This document shows, piece after piece, positions 1 through 13,030 of a stretch of 64,000 bases of DNA. The DNA is taken from positions 187,426,001 to 187,490,000 of the forward strand of contig NC_042998.1 of NCBI RefSeq assembly GCF_006345805.1, in the 5' to 3' direction. This DNA comes from Octopus sinensis. Taxonomy: Eukaryota. Within the stretch, counting starts at the first letter, position 1. Each line of letters begins with the position of its first letter. Under the pieces are notes generated by a model that saw nothing but the letters and a program-made list of their open reading frames with translations, did no database searches and was not told where the DNA came from. The translations under genes were made by a program, and so were the position numbers.

Positions 1-1306
1 TTTCATTATTTATAAACCTGTGGTGACTATTCTAGGTGAGAAGGATAAATTCAAGAACTGGAGAAGTTGTTTGCATATTGCTGCTATTATGTTAAACTGT
101 CGTACATCCAAATTTGGCCAAATGCATTTTTTTCAGTATCTATTTTTGCTTGCAATAGCCAGTTCTTTTGGTCAAACTGTCATATCCCCAGCTGCTTCAG
201 ATGGCAAGCTATGAAAAATTGTCAAAGTGTAGTACAACACTTTTGCTATGGAATGGTGAAACTATTTTTTTTTTTTTCATTTTCTGAAAAAGCAATGTTT
301 TGGACTTACAACACTTTTGCATAATAGCAACGATATGTTCAGTTGAAGAATTTTTATGATTTCAACTTAACCAAAGAAACAGGCCGTTTCTTTGGTTAAC
401 ATAATGCTACAGAAAACTGATTTAAATCCCAGCCCTATGTCTTATGGTTTATGAAAGGATTGCTTTGAGATAGTAAGAGCTACAGACATGGTTGATGGAC
501 CATGCATTGCATATTTCCTTTCAATATTCAGAAAGTTTAAGGTGGTAAGCTGCCAGAATTGTTAACACACCAGGTAAAATGCTTAGTGGCATTTTGTTTG
601 TCTTTACGTTCTGTGTTCAAATTCCACCAAAGTTGACTTTGCCTTTCATCTTTTCAGGGTAGATAAAATAAGTACCAGTTGATTATTGGGGTTGATGTAA
701 TTGACTTGCCTGCTTCCCTAAAATTGCAGACCTTGAGCCAAAATTTGAAACCAATAATCAGAGAATTTATAGAACATTTAGCACAGAGTAGTAATAATCT
801 TTCCATAAGCATAATTCATGAGCGAGTCTTTGGCAGCATTTGAATGTCATACAATATCTATTTCCTACAAATCTTTATGGTACAAAATTACAGTTGCCAT
901 CAAAACTGCTTTTTCTCCCAGTAAGGCAACATTTTTTCCAACATCATTTTACAGTGATTAGCACATGGAGAGGTATCTAATCATTTGCGTGTCACAAGAG
1001 TTATAAACACTTTTGTATGCACGTTATTGAAAAACTCTCTACAGTCACAATGGTAATTGTTACAAGTGGAAGGTGAGGACTGCTAAAAAATTTTAAAAAT
1101 GCTAAATAAATATTGAGATAACAGCAGATTCCTAGATTTTAGGTCTTTGTGAACCAAGTTAAAACTGAATCTTTACACTATATTTTATTAACATTGAATA
1201 AGATAAACGTAAAGTAAATGAGTTTCTAACAATCACAGAATTATGTTGTAGGCCCAGGTCTACTTCATCTTAAAAGAAACAATGTTTTCTTGATAGATAT
1301 ATTTAA

Positions 1307-1527
1307 CCCTTTAGTGATCAGATTACTCTGTTAAATGTAATGCTTTTTTATTTAAATTGTTTTGAATTAATCATGCATTATGTTATAGCTTTGAGGTTTC
1401 AATCATGTGATTGTTTATTTTTAGAATGTCAATGTAGGTTAGGTGTGGGAGGCCAGATCTAGCCAGTTTGAATATAAAACATGTAGAATATATTGGGCCG
1501 GATTTGGCCAGTTTAAACACTAAAGGG
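1307..1527. mobile_element. piggyBac-type MITE
   Basis: TTAA on both flanks; 10-bp perfect TIR ccctttagtg. Confidence 0.85.
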
Positions 1528-1631
1528 TTAAAGACAGACCAGAAGAACATATCATTACAATGACATTCAATGAAATGAAAGGATGATTAAAAATAAGCAA
1601 AGCACCGTGTTGTGGATGAGCCAATACTTAC

Positions 1632-1708
1632 CGTGATATAGTTGGCATTGATATAATCTGTGAAAGGGTCATCATCAATTACATCTAGTTGCACTCGGCT
1701 ATGGTCAA
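1632..1708 (-). CDS. RPTP-like gene, PTP motif 2-3 exon ((F)DHSRVQLDVIDDDPFTDYINANYIT); gene continues beyond window start
   Basis: DHSRV.L and DYINANY motifs; 77-nt exon, the conserved length for this RPTP exon; tttttcaag acceptor, gtaagt donor. Confidence 0.96.
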
Positions 1709-2734
1709 CTTGAAAAATGAATATAACATATATGAAACAACAAAGGGAGTACAGGGAGTGGTATAAATTTATAATCTCTAGGAACGTCTTTATTTTATGA
1801 CAGAAGGTCACTTGGGGTTTAAAGGATGAGTTTTGAATAAGCTAGAAACATATGTAAATTACTTCTAATAACAACTTAACTTCTAGATTTTCATATGTGT
1901 GTGCATGCATGTGTGTGTGCATGTGTGTGAGTGTGTGTGTGTAAATGTTTAGATGCCTACATCATCGTTTAACGTCCGCTCTCCATGCTAGCATGGGTTG
2001 GACGGTTCGACCGGGGATCTGGGAAGCCAGAAGGCTGCACCAGGCTCTGGTCTTATCTGGCAATGTTTCTACAGCTGGATGCCCTTCCTAACGCCAACCA
2101 CTCCGTGAGTGTAGTGGGTGCTTTTTACGTGCCACCTGCACTAGTGCCAGGCGAGGCTGGCATCGGCCACGGTCGGATTGGTGCTTTTTACGTGCCACCG
2201 ACACGGAAGCCAGTCGAGGCGGCGCTGGCATTGGCCACGATTCGGATAGTGCTTTTTACATCTAAGTACATACAGATATGTTTCTGTCAGAAACACAAAC
2301 AGTGATGGGAAAAATGTATTTAAAAACTTTATTAATATCAAACAATAATACTGATCTTTGTTTACAAAGCCATTTGAGGACTTTCTTAGAGGCAACAATT
2401 CAATCAAAAGTACTAAGTTTTACCTATTTTTGACCTAACTTTAACCTATGCTCCTATATGAATCTAATCCATTACATCTGTATCTATGTACATACTTGAA
2501 TCAACCCTAACAATGGCACAGGACAGTTGTGCAAAGAAGTGCTGATCTCTGACGATGGAGGGGATCCGTAGAAGAGATAGATCCAGGAAGACATGAGACA
2601 AGGTGGTCAAGCATGATCTTCCCTGACTACTTCAGTCATTTTTTTTTTGATAAATTGATAAATTTCTTATAAAGATTTTATCCTATTTTTAAATTTTTAA
2701 TTTAACCGGAATATTTTCAGTGCTGAATTATTCT

Positions 2735-2902
2735 GCAGGAGTGGCTGTGTGGTAAGTAGCTTACCTACCAACCACATGGTTCTGGGTTCAGTCCCACTGC
2801 ATGGCATTTTGAGCAAGTGTCTTCTGCTATAGCCTCGGGCCGACCAATGCCTTGTGAGTGGATTTGGTAGACGGAAACTGAAAGAAGCCTGTCGTATATA
2901 TG

Positions 2903-2951
<49 letters not shown>

Positions 2952-3150
2952 TTGTGTGTCTGTGTTTGTCCCCCTAGCATTGCTTGACAACCGATGCTGG
3001 CGTGTTTACGTCCCCGTCACTTAGCGGTTCGGCAAAAAAGACCGATAGAATAAGTACTGGGCTTACAAAAATAAGTCCTGGGGTCAAGTTGCTCGATTAA
3101 AGGCGGTGCTCCAGCATGGCCACAGTCATATGACTGAAACAAGTAAAAGA
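2735..3150 (+). mobile_element. Octopus-type tRNA-derived SINE, family A (internal TA/TG microsatellite)
   Basis: A/B-box-like head tggctgtgtggtaag...ggttcagtccc, conserved core, gactgaaacaagtaaaaga tail. Further copies at about 14145-14570, 15078-15490, 31125-31500(-), 37611-37995, 38870-39272(-), 39970-40378(-), 43347-43730, 56317-56730(-), 57068-57475(-). Confidence 0.9.
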
Positions 3151-3179
3151 AAAGAAAGGAAGAATAAAGATCTACGTAC

Positions 3180-3312
3180 ATGGTAACACATTCAAAAATC
3201 GATTCTTCTTTTTATTTTGAAGCTTTTGAGCTTCAATACAGGGTAGGAATGTATCATTTGAGGTCTGGTCAGATTCCTCAGTAAGAATAAATGGATTCAC
3301 TTTGCCTATAAT
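3180..3312 (-). CDS. RPTP-like gene, PTP motif-1 exon (IIGKVNPF...PCIEAQKLQNKKKNRFLNVLP)
   Basis: catttcag acceptor, gtacgt donor, 133 nt, phase 0 to 1; KNRF.NVLP pTyr-recognition loop motif. Confidence 0.93.
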
Positions 3313-3789
3313 CTGAAATGAAACGTGTAATTATTGTTTGTTTTACTGTTCATTATCTGGTTTTATCATTATAAATTGCCATCACCAATCTCCTGATAAG
3401 AAAAAGAAAAACATCAAATTCCGGTTTCGTTAATATGTCCCAATTATTATTTATCAAAAGAATATTCTTAAGTTAGCACACAAATATCTAAGGCGTGTTT
3501 TGGCCCAGATATAATTAATGGCAGTTCTTTCGTTGCTTTGGTGTATTTCCTGCTACTGAAATAAGCAATTTGTTATGAGCTTCACTTGGAAAACAACCTA
3601 TTTATAACTATGGGAAACAAGAACTTACAAAGTGTGTCATCCATTGCAGAAATCTCAAGCAGTTTGTTATCCAAATGCACTCATCATAAAGGAACAAAAA
3701 CTAGAATTTTGAGAGTGCTTTCTTTCTCCCTGCCCTTCTCAGGAAGGCATCACATTGTGGTGACATATAAATATTATATACAATAATGA

Positions 3790-4340
3790 AATTACTGTTT
3801 ATAGTGCTCAGGTGCACTTACACCTCATCGGAGGTGTATGTACAGTACATACAATTATGTACAAAAGTCAGGAAAGTGAACAGTGTATGAATTATGATAC
3901 ACATGTGTACATGCATATGGAGCAGGGGATATCAGGTGTAGTGTTGGTGAATTTTAGGAAACATGGAGGTTTTAAAGGATGCAATGTCTCTGCAACTAAT
4001 AACCGATGCAGATAGTTTGTTCCATTCTTTGACAACTCTGAGTGTGAAAAAATGTTTCCAAAAGTCATGGGAGCTGTGCTGCTTTCTGACTTTGTAGGCA
4101 TGCCCATGTGTGTTAGACACATGAAGCTCAAAAAGTTGCTCAAGGTGGTTGTTGGCACAATGGTTAATAATTTTGTGGGTGTTTGTAATCCATTTCCATC
4201 CCTACTCAACCTGCTGTAGCTTTTTGTATGTATAACATCATATATCATAGTAAAATCACCCAATTATTTCATTATAGATGTCTGTATTCTCCCAATCTTA
4301 CCAATCTCATCTTTTTATCTCTTCTGTTTATCAAAACTAT
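3790..4340 (-). mobile_element. CR1/L2-clade LINE 3' end, same family as 11433-11936
   Basis: ORF 3932..4120 HAYKVRKQHSSHDFWKHFFTLRV and the same 3' UTR (gtgcacctgagcac). Confidence 0.88.
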
Positions 4341-4484
4341 CTAAATTTCAGTTGGTTGATGAACTTTTAAACAAGATATTTTCCAATTTTTTTTTTCACT
4401 TTTGAGATACATGCCAAACATTTTTCTTATTCTCTTAACCTAAGAGATTAAATGAAAACAATCAAATGATTTAAAGTGGATTAC

Positions 4485-4545
4485 CTTATAATCTTGGATA
4501 AAAGTTTTTGAATCCATATGTAGAAAATTCTTGATTTTGTATGGT
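4485..4545 (-). CDS. RPTP-like gene, wedge-region exon ((R)PYKIKNFLHMDSKTFIQDYK)
   Basis: tttcctgcag acceptor, gtaa donor, 61 nt, phase 2 to 0; resembles the RPI.IKNF...DS...EF segment preceding R3-type PTP domains (from memory of PTP10D/PTPRB). Confidence 0.82.
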
Positions 4546-6068
4546 CTGCAGGAAATTAAACACTCATGTTAACAAATGTTGAAGCTTTAAAATATTGAGT
4601 TATGACATTAAAATTACAATAACTCTAATTTTGTGATGATTCCTGATATATGTGGTATTAGCTTTGCCCCACTTGCAGAAAATGAGTCCATAGGATTATG
4701 TTTTAAGAACTTGAAATGATAACTTGGAAAAAAGAAATTAAGAAATCACTGCGGTTAAAACTACTTCCTATATCTCAAAAGCTCATTTTCCTTGATCTGA
4801 CATCCTTCTAAGAGTCTACAGAATCTACAAATGTTATTCTATAGTAAAATTTAGATTTTCAAAATCAACATTGGCTGTCATCTAAAAAAGTTTCATCAAG
4901 CAAGCACATTTTCTTCTTAGAAAACCCCATATATCTTTTTTAATTACTAGTAAATATTATTCTAATGCAATAACATTGTAGAAGAGTCATTTTATCAATT
5001 TAATAACCCATTAAAAATGGTGAAATTCACTTTCAAATTATTTCATGAGAAGTCAAAAATTTCTTTTGCCCAACTGTGACTTGGTTACTGATGCAACTCC
5101 ACTGTAATTCTTGGAAAGACTGACAATAGCAAGTTATTATAACAGCAGTTCTTTTTTTTTTTGTGTGTCTTTTTCTTTTTTCCTTTCATGTTGAAATTTA
5201 TATAGGGATATATGAACTTGCTATAACCATGAAGATTTTCTTGAGTCTATAACATCAGTCTTCAGTCAATCATCATTAGTCACATTTAGTTTCTGTTTTA
5301 TTCATTTATGCATTTATTTGCTTGTTTACAACATTACATATTATTGTCATTCTAACAATTTCTTCTTTGTTTTCTTGACAGTTAATTTTGAATGTATGCT
5401 ATATTAAAGTAGAACATTTCTTTACCATGCTACAAAATCTATAATTTATTTACAAAAAAATGAAGTAGGGTGATGGGATCAGAGGCAGTAGAATTGTGTC
5501 AACGCCTAGATCACAGCTGGATGACAAAATTTTGAAACCTTGTGAAATAAATTAAAAGTAAATTTAACAGGTTTCATGAGTATCTAAATGTCTAGAATGG
5601 TTCTTCTGAAGTGCAATTGCTACAGTTTCAATATATATCCTCAGATCAAGTCACATATTTGTCAAGTACAACTTCAAAATTGGTCAAATCAATTTCAGAT
5701 TATATGACAAAAAAATAATGGTTCGGCAAATAAGGTGCTGTGGACTTCATCGAAATTGAAACTATATTTTTGATTAACAGCTCCAGTTTCACATATATTG
5801 TTACCAATGAAAGGGCTTCAACAAGCTAAAATCATACACACCTTACTGAATTATAATATCAGAAAAAAAATAACCTGTTTGAATTATCAAATAGTGTTAG
5901 TGTATTATAAACATATAACATTTAAGTCAGACAATATTGGCTGACTTATTCTATGTTAGCAAAATAATTGCTTAGCAGGTCTAACAAACTCACTCTATAT
6001 ACAATATTGTCCATAACAAACCACAAGTTAGTACAAAAGAAAAGAAGAAAACAAAGGAAGGAACCAAC

Positions 6069-6128
6069 CTTTTATGTGATAGTGTTTTAAAAGGTCTTAA
6101 TTTCAAGAAATTAACGTTGCCAGTTGTC
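6069..6128 (-). CDS. RPTP-like gene, juxtamembrane exon (TTGNVNFLKLRPFKTLSHK)
   Basis: ataatctttcag acceptor, AG|gttggt donor, 60 nt, phase 2-2, bridges the TM exon and the next exon in frame. Confidence 0.7.
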
Positions 6129-7319
6129 CTGAAAGATTATCAAAACAAGATTGATATCATAATCATCATCATCGTTTAACGTCAAACAATTTTATGCACA
6201 GCTTAATTTAATGCTTGGTCAATGGAAACTTTGGAAGTTCTTCCTCATGATGCTTATCAGAATAATATTTTGTTAATGCTATTTAATTTTCTTTCAATTA
6301 TGATTATAATTTCAGTTGATTAAAATTATTTGAGGTTCACCATATCAGGAATGATAGCAGACATTTAACAACACATCATTCATACAAAAGGCAGCCTTGG
6401 AATATTTTTCCAATGTCAATCTTTTAATACAATACTTTAATTCTGAAAATGTTTTCCAAGAAGATAGGAATTAAGTATGATGCTTAATGACATAATGCAA
6501 TATAATATATTTTATATTTAAATATGATTTATTTTTAATGAGAATAAGGTATATGATATCATAAATACAAAAATCCAGTTATAATAGATAATATATAATG
6601 TAATACTTAAATGCACAGAAAATACTTCAGTTTTCAGCAACTACAAACTCTTTACAAAGCTCAAATGAAATACAATACAGAAATACTATAATGCTCCAAC
6701 TCAGAAATGGTGCTCTACTAGACATGCAGACTCCTTAGACCACATTCACAATAGAACTACCTCACTGATTGGCATGGAGCTACTATCTCTTTTCTCTACT
6801 TTTGGTATCACCACTTCTGTGGCTTCTGCTCCTCAGAGCTGGCTGATTTTGTACCAACCTCATTCATCTCTCTCTCTCTCCTCTTCTCATAACCCACATT
6901 GTGTTTACTCTTCCCATACCCTACAATAAATTCTTTTCTCAGGCCTTCCAGCTCAGAACATTTGATTCCCATATGTTCCTTCTTTGCCCATGTTTTCATG
7001 CAGCTATCAACTTACAACAGTTCAAAAGGCATATTAACTGTGTCAATCTCACCAAACTATTTTTAAATTTAAAAATATGTTTTAAATTCACACCAACGAC
7101 TTGGTTACGAAGTTTATTAATAAAAAAACTGAAATTCAAAATCAGGTTAGAAGTATGCATATAACTACATAGTTTTCAGCAAAAGAAGGCCATAACAGTG
7201 TTAAACGAAATGTTTTATGGAATGCTACATATATATATATATATATATAATATATATATATATTTCCATATATATGTATGTACATATATATATATATATA
7301 TATGATATATGTATGTATA

Positions 7320-7374
<55 letters not shown>

Positions 7375-7391
7375 TATATATATATTATATA

Positions 7392-7424
<33 letters not shown>

Positions 7425-7442
7425 GCATATATATATGTATGC

Positions 7443-7484
<42 letters not shown>

Positions 7485-7552
7485 CATATAATGATATAGA
7501 GATGGATAAATTAATAATTATTTTTCTTAAATATATATATAAACCTCGGTTT

Positions 7553-9597
7553 CATCATCATCATCATTTAACATTCGTTTTCCATGCTAGCATGGGTTGG
7601 ACAGTTCAACTGGGGTCTGGAAAGCCAGGAGACTGCACCAGGCTCCAGTCTGATCTGGTAGTGTTTCTACAGCTGGATGCCCTTTCTAATGCCAACCACT
7701 CCGTGTGTAGTGGGTGCTTTTTACGTGCCACCAGCACAGGGGCCAGGGGAGGCTGGCAACAGCCACAAACAATTGATGCTTTTTACGTGCCACCGGCATG
7801 GAGGCCAATCAAGGCAGCACTGGCATCGGCCATGTTCAGATGGTGCTTTTTATGTGCCACTGGCACAACTACAATTTCCATTTGATTTTCATTTTGATGT
7901 TGATGTTCTTGACTCAATAGGACTCCTCAAGCACAGCAGGTCACCCCATGATCCAAGGTACTTTTGAATGGGCTGGAGCTGGTTATGCAAAACTGGTGTA
8001 GGATACAGCCATGAACTCACATTATTTGTCGGGTCTTTGCAGCCACAGCATATCTCCAGAGGTCTCGGTCTTTCGTCATTGCCTCTGTGAGGCCCAACAT
8101 TTGAAGGTCATGCTTCACCACCTCATCCCATTTCTTCCTGGGTCCACCTCTACCCCAGATTCCTTAAACTGTTTGGGAGTGGCACTTCTTCACACATCTC
8201 TCCTCATCCATCCATAGTACACAACCATACCAGTGCAAACATCTCTCTTGCATGCCACATCCAATGCTTCTTATGTCCAACATTTCTCTCAGGGAGCTTA
8301 CACTCTGTCGTGTGTGCACACTGACATTACACATCCAGCAGATCATGCTAGCTTCATTTCTTTTGGGCCTATGCATTCCTCCACAGACACGGACCATATT
8401 TCACTGCTGTGAAGCATGGCAGTTCGCACACATGCATCATACAATCTACCTTTCACTCTGAGCGAGAGACCCTTTATCACCAGTAAGGGCAGAAGCTTTC
8501 TAAACTTTTCCCAGGCTATTCTTATTCTAGTGGTAACACTCTCAGAGCATCCACCCCCAACTACTAACTTGGTTACCTAGGTAGCGGAAGCTATCAACTA
8601 CTTTGAGTTTCTCCCCCTGGAGTGTGATGGAATCTGTTTTCTGAGCATCAGTGGTTCTATTGCCCCTGTGCATCTGCCGCACACGAAAGCTATCTTCCCG
8701 GTTAATCTTCCTTTGACGTTGCTGCACCTCTTATGTGTCCATAGCTTACACTGGGTACATTTTATGGAGTTTCTACTTACACCTTTTCTACAGATAGAGC
8801 AGGGCCACCTACCTGAGTGGGTGTGTGATGAGTTCGCCTTCCTACTTGCTAGAACTTTGGTCTTTTCTACATTAACTCTAAGGCCTTTTGATTCTAAACC
8901 TTGCTTCCACATCTGAAATTTATTCTCTAGTTCTAGTAGTGATTCTGCTATGAGGGCCAGGTCATCAGCATAGTGGAGCTCACAGGGGAAACCCATCTGG
9001 AATTCCTCTATAATTGCCTGGAGAACTATGATGAATAAAAAGGGACTGAGGGCTGATCCTTGGTGGACCCTACTTCTACCTGGAATACTTCACTATACTC
9101 ATTTCCAATCCTAACCTTACTAATGGCCTCTCTGCATAGGGCCTGTACAGCCCTTATTAGCCATTCGTCAATCCCCAGTTTCCGCATCGCCCACCAGATA
9201 AGGGATCGGGGGACCCTGTCAAAGGCTTTCTCCAAGTCCACAAAAGCTAAGTAGAGGGTTTTATCTTTAGCTAGGCATTTCTCCTGCAGTTGTCAAACCA
9301 GGAATATAGCATCAGTGGTGCTTCTACTTGGCACAAAACTGAACTGCATCACATCTAAGCAGACTCTTTCCCTAATGAGATGGGCTATAACCCTCTCTGT
9401 GATCTTCATTACCTTTTCCAGCAGTTTGATACTTCTGTAGTTATTTCTATCTAGAGTATCACCTTTACCCTTGTAGCAGTTGACTATGGTGCAGCTATGC
9501 CAATCATTGGGTACGACTCCATCATGAACTACCTGGTTTACAATGCGGGCGACTAGGCCATAGCCCACACCACCAAATATTTTAAGCATTCCTGATG
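7553..9597 (-). mobile_element. 5'-truncated RTE-clade LINE with repeat-containing 3' UTR and (CAT)n tail
   Basis: RT remnants DLEKAFDRVPR, LHYADDL, GLRVNVEKTK; C-terminal CxxC/CxxC and RLRWYGHV-like motifs. Confidence 0.92.
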
Positions 9598-9620
9598 GGA
9601 GCTTTCTGCTGGCATGCTAT

Positions 9621-9851
9621 CTTTTTGTGCCTTATAATTTAACACACTCACCGATAAAATTTCCACTTATTCCTTATTTTTATTTTCCTAAAATTTTCGT
9701 TGCGTCTTGCAACATTTTCAAGACTATTGAAGAGACTATTTTCAAGACTATTGAAAAGGTTGCAAGACACAATGAAAATTTTAGGAAAATAAAAATAAGG
9801 AATAAGTGGAAATTTTACCGGTGAGTGTGTTAAATTATAAGGCACAAAAAG
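9621..9851. repeat. About 100-bp-arm palindrome within a dispersed repeat
   Basis: Arms read as mirror ORFs 9627..9824(+) and 9648..9845(-); a right-half copy lies at about 46505-46630. Confidence 0.9.
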
Positions 9852-10301
9852 AAAATGATTCTCCCCAGATACAACAGAATATATATCATCATCATTTAAC
9901 GTCCCCTTTCCATGCTAGCATGGGCTGGACGGTTTGACTGGGGTCTGGGAAGCCAGGAGGCTGCACCTGGCCCAGTCTGATCTGGCAGTGTTTCTACAGC
10001 TGGATGCCCTTCCTAATGCCAACCACTCTGTGAGTGTAGTGGGTGCATTTTATGTGCCAGGCGAAGCTGGCAACGGCCCCGATCGGTTGGTGCTTTTTAC
10101 GTGCCACCATCCATGCCAGCATGGACAACAACCATATGATGATGATGATGATGATGTTGATAATGATGACATTCAGAGTGTAATATTACATTACAATATC
10201 CTTTAACATACACAGTATTTTATGCTATAATTAGTTACTTTTAAAAATAACAGTATGAGATTCAGCAATGATAAAAGTCTACAATTTAATTGGATACTTA
10301 C

Positions 10302-10395
10302 TGTTTCAACTGACGGAGGAATAAATAAATGAAAACTAATATGACCAGAATGAGAATAGCAATGATAATTCCAAGCCACCAATAGGGAAAAACAA
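10302..10395 (-). CDS. RPTP-like gene, transmembrane exon (VFPYWWLGIIIAILILVILVFIYLFLRQLK)
   Basis: tatatttacag acceptor, gtaagt donor, 94 nt, phase 1 to 2, about 22 hydrophobic residues followed by a basic stop-transfer segment. Confidence 0.92.
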
Positions 10396-11315
10396 CTGTA
10401 AATATAGAATAGAATCAATTTATGTAACATATCAGTAATAAAGGCTTATAGTATTTAGATATTTAGAATGTTGGTAATTTTTTTTCATTAGATACAAGGC
10501 CAAATTTTTTAGGACTGGATTACCTTGATATATTTATTCATCAATCTTGGAGGATAAGAAAGATGATAAGTTCAATCACTCTGAGATTTGGAGTCAGAAT
10601 CAAGAAGAGCAAAGTTAAATATGGCAATATATCAAGCGCTACACATTATTGTCTTGACCATCTCTATTGAGTTTACAAATCTAGAATACTATTATTTAAC
10701 TTGATCAGAAAAAAATATAATGGTGAGATTGAATACCATGTGAAATTCAGGTGATTTTGTTTTTCCACCTATATTTATGTCTAGTTTTCTTGATCTTGCT
10801 GCCATGGCTGGTGACTCTAATGGATATATTGGACAATGTGATGTTGGGTACTCCAATGAAGACAGAGAGTACGTTATGGAATACAGAATGAAAGATCAAG
10901 ACTCTTGGAGATTTGTGGCACAAGTGATCTAACCATTTTATAACACTAACATTAGAAAACACGTCAGCTACCTTGCATACCAATCACTTGGGCAAACATA
11001 CAAGCCCAATTCACTTTAGACTGACAAGAAAACAGAATAGACAGATGATTTGAATACTAATATACCAAAGTAGTCCCAGACGCAGAAGATAATTTGAAAA
11101 AGAGAGACATGAAACTGAAAGATATCTCAGCAATCTATGAGTTCAAAGAAGGAGGAACCAACCTATAACATAAAAGACAATTATGAGATAATTTGCTGGG
11201 AGCAACAAACATGATCTATGGAAGGTTCCAATCAAACAGAAGATGATATGATGGAAGTTGATCAAATGGAAGATGATCCATGTAATATCCTTCTTAAACA
11301 ATTATAATTCCTTAC

Positions 11316-12272
11316 GAGTAGTCGTAGTTATTAAAGGTGTTGTGATTGCATATTGAGTTGATGTTTCTTCAGATGTGTTCATTGATCGTGTTTGTGTGTC
11401 AAACTGTGTAACTGGTCGATGCTGTTACATAACACTTGGAATTCGCATCATCAGTTTGGAATCCCTATCTTGCTCAGAACATTGACCTCCTGGAATCTGT
11501 CCAGAGACGTGCAACCAAACGCATACCCTCCATCAGACACCTACCATATTCTGAGCGCCTTGTTTCCCTGGGCATGGATTCACTGAAGCTCCGGCGTCTG
11601 GCGACGGACTTGGTAAACACCCACAAGGTTATCAACCACCTCACCAACAACAACACTGAACACCTTTTTGATCTCCATGTGTCTAACACACGTGGACATG
11701 CCTACAAAGTCAGAAAACAACACAGCTCCCATGACTTTCGGAAACATTTTTTCACGCTCAGAGTTGCTGAAGCATGGAATAAACTGCCTGCGTCAGTTGT
11801 TGACTGCCATGACACTGCATCCTTTAAGGCCCTCATGCTTTCCGAAATCCGCCAAAACTACACCTGATTATATATACACTTTAGATGAGTTGTAGTGCAC
11901 CTGAGCACTGTACACAATGTTTATTATTATATATAAGAAGTGTCTTCTCCAGTTGTGTTAATTAACATTGTATTCCGAGATGCACTGAATGGAGTTGTTA
12001 GTTCAGAATCATTGAGTTTTGTTCCATTCTCAAGTGCGGCAAGTAATGCTGAAGCATAAGATACAGTTGATGATATTAAATTTCCTTGTGCATTAAATGG
12101 TTGCGCATTTGCAGGTATATCTGTTGCTCGTGATACTTCTGCTATATTCCTTTTTACCCTGATTTCCTTTATATCTGGCATTGCCTCTATTTGGCCTGCT
12201 TTTGAGTCTGTCATGAAATCATTGTTTTTACTAATGTGATGATTTGGTGGGAAAGGAAAAGATGCTGGCTGA
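11316..12272 (-). pseudogene. Disrupted duplicate of the stalk exon (pseudo-exon)
   Basis: Aligns to 37420-36960. Lacks the native acceptor (fused to intron sequence at 12272), carries an approximately 500-bp antisense LINE insertion (stop at 11929-11927) and a 14-bp frameshift deletion near 11412; donor gtaagg retained. Confidence 0.85.
11433..11936 (+). mobile_element. 5'-truncated CR1/L2-clade LINE 3' end inserted in the stalk pseudo-exon
   Basis: ORF 11436..11867 (LESVQRRATK, LRRL..DL, NTRGH, FFTLRV..AWNKLP); (tta)n tail; possible TSD acataa/atataa. Confidence 0.92.
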
Positions 12273-13030
12273 AACGTAAAGCTGATCTTGGGAATATTTC
12301 AATTCAGAACGTAAAGATATGCAACTAAATATCAAAGGCTGATGTGCTGCCACTCTACCAATGCACTACTATAATACAATAGTGTAGCTAGCGTGTCTGC
12401 CATCCGGGGTGGCCCTTCAGTCTGCCACACCTGGGCTGCCACAAAAAGTACATATTGCCTAAAGCAGACCCAAAAATGGCACCACACCCATAAAAGTACT
12501 GCACAGGGCAGACAACCCCTCTGTTCCCCTCTAGCTACACTAGTGCTCTAATAATAGTTAAAATTATGCTACACATACTGTAATGTATACTGAAACACTA
12601 TCATCTTTTTAATATACAGTATGATACACCATCTTAACCACCATCATCACCATTGTAGGTAGTGGCATCATAATTGTTGTTCTTTTCACAGCTTTGCAAG
12701 CAGTTTGATCAGTGGCATTCACTCACCTTCCTCCCACTCTTACCATCCTCCTACTCTCACATTTCTCCCACTCTCACCTTCCTCCCAACAAACATTAATG
12801 CACTTTCATCTTCCTAAGAGAACTTGAAGAATTAAATTTTTTGGTTAAAATATGAAAAACAACCTTCAGTCCTCAGTTATTCCAATCTAAACCCATTTTA
12901 TCATCTCCTTCACAAACACATTGAATGTATTACTCGACAAGTCAACAATACAGATTGATTAGCAAGAAATAGGAACCGAATTTCACACAAATTACCTCAT
13001 AGTCTCATAATGTGGTATATGTACATTATT
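12270..13030. repeat. Segmental duplicate of intron 26538-27298
   Basis: Collinear alignment; about 18 differences in the first 348 nt (hand count, about 95% identity). Confidence 0.93.

Noticed and set aside
20-324. Plus-strand hydrophobic ORFs at the window start
   Set aside because: No motif or splice support; antisense within a PTP intron; likely chance in T-rich DNA.
455-530. Minus-strand ERKYAMHGP resembling the next PTP exon (YIATQGP)
   Set aside because: No acceptor in the required phase, frame closes quickly and lacks the FW.M.W motif; the true exon probably lies beyond position 1.
7016-7128. Open stretch between a good acceptor and a gtaagt donor in the TM-juxtamembrane intron
   Set aside because: Only open in phase 2 to 1, which would frameshift the downstream PTP exons; the TM exon joins 6128 in frame without it. 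Could only be a poison exon.
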